From positions 60,762,001 through 60,826,000 of the forward strand of contig CM052816.1 of NCBI GenBank assembly GCA_028534125.1: a DNA stretch of 64,000 nt, written 5' to 3'. The notes below the pieces were generated by a model, which did no database searches, was not told where the DNA came from, and saw nothing but the letters and a program-made list of their open reading frames with translations. Positions 23,951 through 35,037 of this stretch are shown here, piece by piece. The first letter of the stretch is position 1, and each line of letters starts with the position of its first letter. The position numbers and the translations under genes are program-made. This stretch comes from Lama glama (Eukaryota).

Positions 23951-25795
23951 TAACAAGTCTGGTAACCAAAATTTCTTCCTTCTCTCTCCCCTCCCCCCAA
24001 GAAGGAAGGGGACTCTCCTCCAAGGGGCAGACGCAGCCACTTTGGGCACATCACCCTTTCATGCTTCTGTATTTTCCTCCCAGCGTGTCCCTCTGCCTGA
24101 AGTGCCCTCCCTGCTTTTCTCTGGAGAATGACTACTCAGTCTTCAGAGCCCAATTCAAAAGGCAAATGTCACTCACAAGTCTGTGATGTCTTCGCACATC
24201 CCCTCAGCAGAATACGTCACTGAGATCTCACCGCATTCTCACTCCCCTGGATCACAGCACCTGCCACACTGCCTCGTAATCACCCGAGCTCATCACTCCC
24301 CCACCACCCACCGCCCCCCTCTTTCCCCCTCCTTGAGAGGAGTGACCTTATCTGAGTAAAAGCAGATATCAGCTGTGGGCCACACAGTTCTACCTGTCCT
24401 TGTGAGGGACACCTGGATCTCCATCATTCTCTCACCCCACAATGGTCCATACAGGACCACTCTCCTCCAGGGGACCTCCTTCCCTTCCTGGTGGCTCCAA
24501 GGTGCCTCTGCTCTTAAGGAATGTTTTGTTTCAAAGTGCACAGCATGCTTTCCTGCCCTCAATTGCCTCTTGTTCCTTAAGAAGGATCTGGACCTCATCT
24601 GATCCGAAGTTGGCTTGGAACCTGGCACTCAGAGAGAAGGATCCCAGACTATTACCCCGTCCCCTGCCTCCTCTGCAACTCGGCACAACTGCACGTGCGG
24701 TGTGATGAGGCCTCGCTTCAGTGTGCCATTCACCCATACACCAATGGAAATACAAGCCCAAATGACGCCTGTCCTCCGGGGCGGGGTGGGGTCAGGGGGA
24801 AGGAGGGAGGTACTCTCTCATCCCATTCCATTAAATTCTCTCTCACCTTTCAAATCTGGCTTCAAAATCACTTCCTAAGAACCTTCCCTGATTAGCTTGA
24901 CCCAATTCTCCTAATTCCTGTACTCAATGAGCCTTCATTAATTATGTACCTAGAGATTTTACACTATTCATCTGCTCTTGCTGTATCCGTCTATGAATAT
25001 GCTTTTTATGTGCAGTTTCTCATATGCGGAAAGTCTGATCCTGCAGCTCTTTCCAATCCCTCCCACCATTCCTGCACAGAAGACAGACCCAATCAACGTC
25101 ACTGGCTGACCAGCATCTGTGACCACACGTGTACCTCAACCCCTGGAATTTTCTGGTACAAGAACTGAAAGAGCTGGGGAAGAAAAGGCAGTAAAATTTC
25201 TAGCCCCTCTGAAGAACATTTTACCCAAAATGTCTGTTTTCCTTTCCCTGAATGGCTTTTATTTTTTTCCTTGCTCATCTGCTGAAATTTGCTAATGTGC
25301 CAATCTTTTGAGTGCTTGGAATAAAGACTTGTTGAGCCAGTTTTTAACTTTTCAAAGAAGGGTTTCAGAACCCAATTTAAAGCCCTAACTATGTCAAAGA
25401 GTTTTACTTTGTGTATTGCTATAGCTGTTTGTGTTTGTTGTAAATAAACACCATTGAGTCCGCGCTTTTTCATCAACCTGCAGTTTTCATGGATTTTTCC
25501 CACAGTCCCCTATGATACAGTAATGGTTTCTCTGAGGTAATGAGCCGTGGGAATAGTGTTGTGAGTTAAATTTGAATTATTTACATTTTTATTACTTTTT
25601 ACTTTCTAAAGAGCGTTTTTCAGGTCCTGCAGATCCGTGATGATTTAGAGCAAATGCTGGTACTTTTCTGAAGACAAAAGGCATTTGGCCGAATCTGGAC
25701 TGAAGAAACTTGATATTTCTTCTGAGAGAAAGTGAGACCCCAGAAGACTCAGATTATCTGTTCATTTACCCGAAAGTTTACAAAAAAAAAAAGCA

Positions 25796-25867
25796 GCACA
25801 TGTATGTGTATGTGTGTGCACGTGTGGGCGTGTGCGCATGTGTGTGTGTGAGAAAGAGAGACAGAGA
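25796..25867. repeat. Imperfect (TG/CA)-type alternating purine-pyrimidine microsatellite followed by a (GA)-rich run
   Basis: gcacatgtatgtgtatgtgtgtgcacgtgtgggcgtgtgcgcatgtgtgtgtgtgagaaagagagacagag. Confidence 0.8.
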
Positions 25868-26642
25868 AAAAATGTTCCAGTTGCACAGGGCAAGCTAGGC
25901 CCCCAACTGCCAGGTTGAGGAAAGGACATCATTCATTCTAGAATAATGACAGGAAGTTCCTTGGGATCTTTTCTCATGTAACTTTTCAGTCAATAAGTTA
26001 AGGGAAGATCTAGATAATTTACAGAAAAGGTTTGTAAGATTAGCAGTGTGTGTGCACACATGTGCCATCATGTATGTTTTGGTGTTCACATTGTTAGCTA
26101 ATAAATGCACATAGTAGACTTCACCTATTAATTTTAAAAAGAATCACAGCCTTGGTTATGCTAACCAAGGTGAAACATCTCATTTACTCACAGTAATTTA
26201 ACTGTTTAAATTGGAAGATACTTCTTAAAAGAAATGAGTGGATAATTTTGATAAAATGAATGGGAGAGCTGAGCTCACCCTATGTGTAATGCCATCTCCC
26301 GGGCTGCGCTCCCCCAGTGATGGGCAGGCTGAGCCCCCAGGCTCAGTCATTCATCCCTGATATGCTTTCAAAGTGCTCTTCCTTTTCTGCTCTCTGTCTT
26401 CTCCCAAAAATAGTTAATACTTTTGCCTTTCTTATTTCTAGCTGCTACCACAGCCTTCTCCTGAGGTTATTTTATTCCCTAAGCCTCTCTTCTCCCTCTT
26501 TCCAATCAGCCTGAAATAATCAGTTGGACCCTTGTGGTTCTAGGTTATTATTTATCCCTAAATGGGAGGAAATAAAGATTTCAGAAAATCCCTAAAAGTG
26601 ATAATTTACTGAACCAGAAAACTTTACAATGTCTCTCTAGAC

Positions 26643-26842
26643 CTGCATCATCCAATATGGTAGCCACTAGCCACACATGGCTTTTTAAATATAAATCTAA
26701 ATGAATTACAGCTAGGTGAAATTAAAATTCCAGTTCCTTGGTCTCACAAACCACATTTCGAGTACTCAGTAGCCACAGCTAAGGTATTAGATGACATAGA
26801 ATATTTCCACCATCACAGGAAGTTCTGCTGGACAGAGCACTG
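26643..26842 (-). mobile_element. MER3 hAT-Charlie MITE, full length with TSD
   Basis: tccaatatggtagccactagccacacatggct...cagttccttggtctcacaaaccacatttcgagtactcagtagccac...aagttctgctggacag. Flanks ctctagac (26635-42) and tcctagac (26843-50) fit an 8-bp hAT TSD with the CTAG-type target. Confidence 0.9.
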
Positions 26843-27034
26843 TCCTAGACTCCCTCCTCTGAAGGAGGGGCCCATCCCCTTCTCCTTTCAGTAAATGCCC
26901 TTCTTTCTTGTTGGGGAGATCATTCACCTTCAGAGCTTGCCAGACATCCCAGTGGTGTGTTCAGTTCTTAATTTTTCATTAAACGTGTGCTCTTAAAATG
27001 TTTATTGTTGTGACAAAACAGTAAGTTAAGGAAT

Positions 27035-27700
27035 TCTAAAAGCTTCCTCCATAAAGCAATGAAAAAAACTGACAAAAAAAGTAAGAATCAATTTTTGTGG
27101 AACCTTGGAAACCAACCAAAAGCTTGCAACAACCCGGGGAATGTTGATTCAAGAAAAATGACTGAATCTTGGTAAGAACAGTGAGCTTTGTGGCATCTTA
27201 ACTTACTTTAATCCCATTCCCCATCCTCCAGCTCAAAAGTGGCCTTGAAACTAGCAGCCCACATTCCTGGTACTGGTAGAGGAGAAAGCAGAAGAGATAA
27301 ACTTTACAAATTGCTCTTAGTTGTTCTGTCTGGTGGCTCTCTGGGGGAGCTTCTCAAAAGACTTGTCTTTCTCTTACCTGACTGGAGCTCTCATCTAAAG
27401 AGTGCTAAAGCTGTTAATGGGGGCAAAGCCTCTTCGTTGAAAATATTTATAGGCAAATGTTTTAGTCTCTGCTACCTAATGCAATAAATAACAATTGTAG
27501 CTACCAGTAGATGAACCAAAAAGCTTGGGAGGAAAGTGTCAGAGTGATATATTTTAGAAATACAGAAAGGTGTGGCATATTCCTGGAAATTTAGAAAGAC
27601 ACACATGCCCAGGTTCATGGACAGGTTCAGCTGTGTTCATGCTCAGCAGGGACCTGAGAAGGCCCTCAGCTCTCACCTCTGGCTGACTTGAGGCTCTGAA
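27035..27700 (+). mobile_element. Old LINE-1 (L1M4/L1MC/MB-type) 5'UTR
   Basis: ctccataaagcaatgaaaaaactgacaaaa...agaatcaatttt...gctgaatcttggtaagaacagtgagctttgtggcat-like motifs, gacctgagaaggccctcagctctcacctctggctgac. Confidence 0.7.
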
Positions 27701-28283
27701 CATATACAGTTGGCCAATATGCACAAGGGAAGATGCTCAACATCATTAGTCGTTAAGTAAATGCAAATCAAAGCCAAAGTGAGATATCAACTTACACCCA
27801 CTAGGATGGCTATGACCAAATGTAAAATAATAACAAATGTTGGTTAGCATGTGGAGCAGTTGGAACTCTCATCTTTCTGGGTGGGAATGTACAATGATGT
27901 AGCTACCCTGAAAAACAGTTTGGCACCTTCTCAGAAAGTTACCATATGATCCAGCAATCCCACTCTCAGGTATATATACAAAGGCCTGCATATTCTGTGA
28001 CTCCATTTATTTAAAACATCCAGAATAGGCAAATACATGGAGACAGAAAATAGATTGATGGTTGCTAGAGAAAAGAGAAGGAAGTTGGGTGTGACTGTTA
28101 ATAGGCACAGGGTTTTGGTTTTTGGTTTTTTTTTTTTGGCATAATGGAAGTGTTCTGGAATTAGATAATGGTTATGGTTCCACAGCATTGTGAATATACT
28201 CAAAACCACTGAATTAGACATCTCATATTGGTTGAAATGGTGAATTTTATGTTATGTCTATTTAATCTCATTAATAATAATAA
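27701..28283 (+). mobile_element. LINE-1 (L1MB-type) ORF2 end plus 3'UTR, internally deleted near 27980
   Basis: agatgctcaacatcattagtc...aaatgcaaatcaaagcc...ttaccatatgatccagcaatcccactc; then tccagaataggcaaatacatggagacagaaaatagattgatggttgc...tggtgaattttatgttatg...aataataataaa. Confidence 0.85.
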
Positions 28284-29511
28284 AGCTCATGCTGATGACA
28301 GGATTCATTTTTGTAAAATAAATCAATGTTGGTTTGCACTGTATGATAAATGAGAGAACTGTAGCAACAAAGCATTCCAACCACCTTCTCTGTGTGCACA
28401 ACTGCAAGACTGCTCAGCCGCTATGTTCTGGACATATTCCATGGTACAACCTATAATTACCCCAACTGCCCACTGACCCTCATGCCACGTGGCCTGGAGG
28501 TCTTGCTTCTCGCTCTTACAGGTCCTGGTAGGACTGGCTAGATTACCAGTGTCCACCTGGAGCAACAGCATCGACCACCTCCCCCACCCTCGTAGGCTGG
28601 CATGAGCAAGCTGTCCTTCACTGCCTGTGTTTCCAAACACTAGTTTTTATCAGTGAGTGTCCTGCTTGCTGTCCTTGAAATGGAAATACTAGCTGACACT
28701 GTATCTACAAAAGGTCAGGAAAAGACAGGCTCTGCTGGTCATCTTTAACTTAACTACATGTTAAAGTGAGAACTCTGTTCAGCACGTGTATGTCTCGCAT
28801 ACAACTAGATTTGACGTAGTGCGCGGTGGAGGTCTACCAAACCCATGCTGGTTATTTTAATGTCATTATTAATAATAAGACTCTGTCTAAAACAAAAACC
28901 AAAAATCTGAGGCAACTGCTAATATAAGAAGGGATGCCAGGAAAAGAGGTTAATCTGGACTTCCAGTCAAATTAGGAGCTGTGTCGTGTTAACTGTAATG
29001 CAAGTCATGGCAGGATAAGTGTCAAGTATCCGGCACAGAAATTAAGTCTACAGAGGTCAGCGGGGGAGATCACGCCTAGCCTCTTAAAGGCTTGTGTTTT
29101 GTGCTGTAATAATATCACACAATGTTAACAGGCAAAGACAGAAAGGACAATCTGGGAGGAATGGAAAAGGGGCAGAAAAGCAAAAGGTTCATTTAGAAGG
29201 GAACAAGGGGTTCATCTGTTACTGAGAATTTACATGTCCTGTTTTAATTTGATTACCTGTATTTTTCATGTTTTCCAGTGGTCTGTATACAAATTATACC
29301 TGGGTATTGCTCACATTGTCTAACTTCTGTCTTGGTGCCTCTTTTCCAAAATGATAAAGGAAAAGAAGAACAGGAGAAAGCATTAAACAGCTTGCAAAAG
29401 CAAGGGTGTTTTCTTTATCTCCTAATAAACATGTAAAGTTCTCAAAATACTATATGAATGAATAACCATTATTGGTATGGATAATCTTTATAACTCCTGT
29501 TAAAACAGAGA

Positions 29512-30106
29512 TTAATTCAAAAAAGATACATGCACCCCAATGTTCATAGCAGCACTATTGACAATGGAAGCAACCTAAATGCCCATCAACAGATGATTGG
29601 ATAAAATAGTTGTGTATACACACACTCACACACACACAAAGGAATACTACTCAGCCATAAAAAAGAATAAAATAATGCCATTTGCAGCAACATAGATGGA
29701 CCTGGAGATTGTCATACTAATGAAGTAAGCCAGAAAGAGAAAGAAAAATACCATATGGTATCACTTATATGTGGAATCTTAAAAAAATGATGTAGATGAA
29801 CTTACTTACTTACAAAACAGAAACAGACTCACAGACATAGAAAACAAACTTATGGTTACCAGAGGGGAAAGGAGAAGGGTGGAGGGATAAATTGGGAGTT
29901 GGGGATTAGCAAATACAGGCTACTATACATATAATAGATAAACAACAAGGTCCTATTGTATAGCACAGGGAACTATATTCATTACCTTGTAATAGCCTGT
30001 AATAAAAAGGAATATATATAATGTATAACCAAATCACTCTGCTGTACACCAGAAATTAACACAACATGATAAACCTACTATACTTCCATAAAAAATAGAA
30101 AAAAAG
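29512..30106 (+). mobile_element. Relatively young LINE-1 3' end with A-rich tail
   Basis: aaagatacatgcaccccaatgttcatagcagcacta...gccatttgcagcaacatagatggacctggag...caaacttatggttaccagagggg...gtatagcacagggaactatattc...ctgtacaccagaaattaacacaaca...aaaaa. Confidence 0.92.
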
Positions 30107-33100
30107 ATTTATTTTTTAAAGACTTCCATTAGGTTTAACCAAAGCCTTAACAACCACCAAGTTGAAGCACAATGATGAAGGAAGCTCAGACTGAGTACAT
30201 TCCATGCACTTTCTACCCTGCCCAAGCTGACAGCAGCTTCCGGCTTTCTAAACTCCCGTGCAGGGCCATGACTCCTTTCCAGAAAGCAGTAAGTGCCCAG
30301 GGCCTTTTGTCTTCTTCCTCCCCACAGATTTCTCCAGGAGACTTTGCTGCCACAGTGGCTTTATATATACCAGTGCATATGATCCTGTTGCAACCTAGTC
30401 TGAAAGCTCTTATGGCTATAACTTGGCATTTCCAAAGATTTGCCAGAAACGTGTGCAAACAACTACTCTCTGTCATTAGGGTGGATATAAATCAGTGTCC
30501 AGAGTAAGCCTAGTCACACAAGAGTTTCTAACAGGTACTCCTCAATTCATCTTTTGTCCTCTACATCATCTTCTGTCCTTCTCTACCTACTGGATGCAGC
30601 TTTTTGAGAAGGGCACTTTCCTGGAGGAATGAAAGTGTTTCAGCAACAATCACACTTACAGGAAATAAGTTAATTGGATCTAAAGTTGTCTTTTGGGTGG
30701 GGGCGGTATTTCAATTTGTTGTTTGCATTCCCTGAAGCAGGGAACTATTATGGATCCAAAACATACTTTCATCTACTGTTCGGTTGGACTTTCATGGAGA
30801 TTAGAAGTCTTTGGAAGATAATTTTAGTATATTGGGTGAGTTTCCTAATTAGAAAAGCTGAGCAGAAATCTGTATTTTAAAATTTATTAGGCATCAAAAT
30901 GAGGTTTTTCAAATATGAAAAAAGTAGAGGAACTATATGCTTTATCCACATAATCTTGAAACACCCACTTACTTAAGCCATTGCTGAGGGAGAAAATTGC
31001 TATTAAATCAACTGCCGAGTTTCCTTAGATCAGAACATGAAATAGAGGTTCTCGTCCCAGCAAAGAGATAAGACTTGGAGTTTTATTGTCAGGAAAATTC
31101 AGATGTGTCAGCGATGAAACTAAACATGAAAAGACAAATAATCATTTGAAAGTTAGAAGTGATTTAGATAAAAGAGTTGGGACTTAGTAAAACTTTACAT
31201 TTAGTCCTTAGACACTGGGGACACTGTGTCGGACTTTTCCATGGAGAGGCAGGCGGCTGGCTAGAGCAAAGCAGGAAAGCAGTCAGCTCAGAGAGCAACC
31301 ACCCTTTTTATTGTTTTAAGAGAAATTCAATTTAAAAATTAGATTTATGAGAAAGGGTCAAGAAAAGTTGAACAGTTTCTCCCAGGAGAAGACAGAACGG
31401 CTGTTTACGAGAACAGGGCTTGTTATTCTCAAGGACGGTCACCTCAAATTATGCACAAGTTCGTGGTGGCAGCGGCTGGGGGCTGAGTAACTGAGTTGCC
31501 TTGGGTCAGGGTCAGGCTGAGCATGAAGTGCCCTGGACCTTGCCAAGGGGGTAGAACCCTGTCCTCGGAACAAAGAGAGAAGGCTAAGTGAAATGTGGTG
31601 TTTCCTGGACGTTTTTCTCAAGAGTTAGGATTAAACCAAAGGAAATATTATCCTCCACTATCTCGGGTATACTGGGTACCGAAACCTCTCTGTAAATGTA
31701 TTTCTCCTGGTTTCTTAGTCTATGAGCTCTTAGGAGCAGAGTGCAGACGCCCAGGCCAGGCGCCTGCAGGGATGTCTGGGGGTTAGGAATGTCTAGGGAT
31801 CAATGTGCCACCAAAGTGTAAGGGAGAAGAGATGTTGCTGGCCCTCTTCTTCACGAGTCACCAGTGAATGGAGGGTTCATTTGATGCCACCAACTTTGAA
31901 GGGGTTGTTCAGTTCTCTATGGTTTCTGTCAAGCTAAATTGAGTCAAACTCTCTTTGATACAGAGAGGCAGGCCTAAAAAAATCACACCTTTTTGGGCTT
32001 TGCCAAAGCTTAATTTTTGGTTTTGCATTAAAAATAAGAAGTATTTAAGCCCCAGTTTAACCTTTGAAGTCATCTGCATTCAACACTTCGAGCCAGATTT
32101 CTAATTGAGCCCCTGGACTGAATGCCATCCCACTGTTGGGTCTGTAGCTGTGATTCTGGATAAATCGGAGCCAGAAACACAAACCGACCCCGAGTCCCTG
32201 CATTAATATTCAGTGCCTTTCCTTACGGAAACAGGCCATGAGGACACTCGCTCTCACCTGTGCTATGGCTCCACACGGGTACCCAGAGCAGCCCGTTTTG
32301 AGAAAGGCATAGCCATTTGAAAAGGTGAGATTATGTAAGCATAAATGCAAATTAGTGCCATATGTTGAAGAGCCTTTTTATTTATGCCTGAACCAGATGC
32401 TTCTGTCCCCTACATTACATTTGCAATCAATCACTTTTTAGCTCTTTTTCCTGATGCAATGTCAATTCAATAAAAGAATTGTGCTTCCTTTCTTCTTCAT
32501 GACTGTGAGAGCTCTCATGACCAAATAACCTCACTATGTCATCTCAGAAAGGTTCCCCTTGGAATAAATTACTTTGAAATCAAAGTATCCACAGGTCCTT
32601 TTAAAAACATCATTGGTGCTTCTTCCCCACAGATTACCCACCACAGTCAAATCAAGTGCTCACCATGGTGTCGCAGAGAAGTATTAGAACAATAAAAATA
32701 CACGGTGAACCATTGCAATTAACCCAAGTGCTCCATGGCAGTTTTCAAATGATAGTCTTATTCTTATTATTATTTTACATTGTAAAATGGATTTTAAAAT
32801 GTCCTATGGTGGAATTATGCCTGAGATTTAAACATGGACATATGGGATCCATGAAATTCTGCCTTGAGTGTAACATACATTATCAACATTCTGCAAATGT
32901 ATTACTGCTTGTTTAGAAAATATTAACTGAAATATATACACATATTGGCTCTTTTGAAAGTTTAGAGATAGTTGACTCTCAAATAATGAAACCCATTCCC
33001 CAAGCTAACCAAAAACATCTCTGCCCTTATTTTGTTTTCTGTCTCCTAATTCTTCCTGTATCCACACACTATCCCAGCATCTACCTCTTTCACTATTTCC

Positions 33101-33129
33101 TAATGATAACCTATATTCTAGATTTTTAC

Positions 33130-34150
33130 CTTTAAAAAACTGGAATAAAATATAAATAACATAAAATTTACCATTTTAACCATTTAAACTGTACAGTTCT
33201 ATGGCATTATGTACATTCCCAGTGTGCTTGCCATGCCCTCCATCCACCTCCAGAACTTCTTCATCTCCTCTAACTCTGTCCTGCTTAAACACTAACTCTC
33301 CATTTCCCCTCCCTTTTGCCCCTGGCAACTACCATTCTACTTTCTGCCTCTGTGAATGTGATGCCTCCAGGTACCTCATCTAAATGGACGCATACAGTCA
33401 ACTTATTTCACTTAAACTAACTTCCTCAAGGTATATGCATGTTGTAGCACATGTGAGAATTACCTTCCTTTTCAAGCCTGAATAATATTCCATTATACGT
33501 GCATATCACATTTACGTATCCATTCATCCATCAGTGGATACCTGAGTTGCTTCCATCTTTTGGCTTTTGTGAATAATGATGTTATGAACATGGGTGGACA
33601 AATATCTGTTTGAGTGCCTGCTTTCATGTTTTCTTTGAGTATACATCCAGAAGTGGAATTGCTGGATCATATGGTAATTCAATTTTTAATTTTTTGAGGA
33701 ATCACCATACTGTTTTCCACAGGGGCTGCACCATTTTACATTCCCACCAGCAATGGCAATGCACAAACTTTCCAATTTCTCTATATCCTTATCAGTGTTA
33801 TTTTCTGGCTTTTTGTTTTAAATAATAGCCATCCTAATGAGTGTGAGGTAGTATCTCATTGTGGTTTTGATATGTACTTCCCTAATGGCTAGTGCTGTTG
33901 AGCATCTTTTCATGTGCTTTTTGGCCATTTATGTATTTTCTCTGGAGAAATGTCTATTCAAGTTCTTTGCCTATCTTTAAATGGGTTATATGTTTTCTGT
34001 TAAGTTGTAGGAGTTCTTTATATGTTATGGATATCAACCCCTTAGAGTTTTAGTCTTACAGGTAGGTATTTGATCCATTTTGAGTTAATTTTTGTATATG
34101 CTGTAAAGTAAGAGTGCAATTTTTTTTTTTTTTGCTTGTGGATTTCCTGG
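33130..34150 (-). mobile_element. LINE-1 (L1MB-type) 3' end and ORF2 C-terminus
   Basis: aacataaaatttaccattttaaccatt...cctggcaactaccattctactttctg...gaagtggaattgctggatcatatggtaattc...gagaaatgtctattcaagttctttgcc. Confidence 0.9.
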
Positions 34151-34392
34151 TTTTAATTACTTCTCCCCAATCCCCCTCAGTCTGGGCATCAAACTCAGAC
34201 ACAGTCTTTATTCTCTCCCCTCCCACACTGATTCTCTACCTCCTTGACCTGTGCATAGTATTTCCATTTTGGTTTTCATCCTAGATAAATCTGCATATAC
34301 CTGTTCTTTGTCTTAGTGTATGAGCTGCTTAAACGAAGAAAGAGTTCACAAAACTGGAAACTTTCTTTATAAACGCTTTTGATCATGGCCAC

Positions 34393-35037
34393 TATCTCAA
34401 CTGAGGTTCCATAACAAAAAACAGCAACAACTCCAGCTATCTTCAGTAGAAATAGATTTAATAAAGGGCCATAGGTGTTTGCAAATTCACGAGGAAGGCT
34501 CAAATAGTAGGGTATGCTGGGTTTTCACCTTGCAGACCCAGCCATCTAGGGAGTTGCTACTTCAGTCTCAGCAAGAAGGGAGAAACACAGGAGGCTCCTA
34601 CTGGCTGACTTCCCAAACAGCACCCTCGCTATGGTCCAGGAATCAGGAAGTCATCGCTGCTGCACTGGAAGCTCCAAGATTACCCCCAGGCTAGATCCAA
34701 ACTGGCCACAAGTGGGTGCTCCACATGTCACCTCTCCAAACTCATGAAGCCAGTGACTGGGCACTGGAATCTTGCTGCAGAGAAACCCAGCACCTTCACA
34801 AGTATGCTCACTAGCCGGACTGCAGACACAGCATAAAGACATCCAATACCTGCTTTCTGCCTTTCCAAACCCATCTGGGTGCATCTAAAGAAACAAATCT
34901 CTTCCAGAAACTTAGCTGCAAGGGAGTTTGGCAAATGCCACGTTTAGCTTTTCAGCCTCTGTAGACTAGGAAGGCGTACCAGAGGGAAAGTGAGAAGTTA
35001 AGTGCCAATCCCCCTACTCCCATTATTTGCCACCACA
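34393..35037 (-). mobile_element. LTR33-type ERVL solo LTR
   Basis: aacttagctgcaagggagtttggcaaatg...ttagcttttcagcctctgtagactaggaaggc...gccaatc...ccaccaca matches the recalled antisense LTR33 5' portion. Confidence 0.65.

Noticed and set aside
25497..25553. Canonical Notch paired (SPS) site
   Set aside because: Orientation is divergent and the spacer is 41 bp, not head-to-head at about 15-17 bp; kept only as two single RBPJ motifs.
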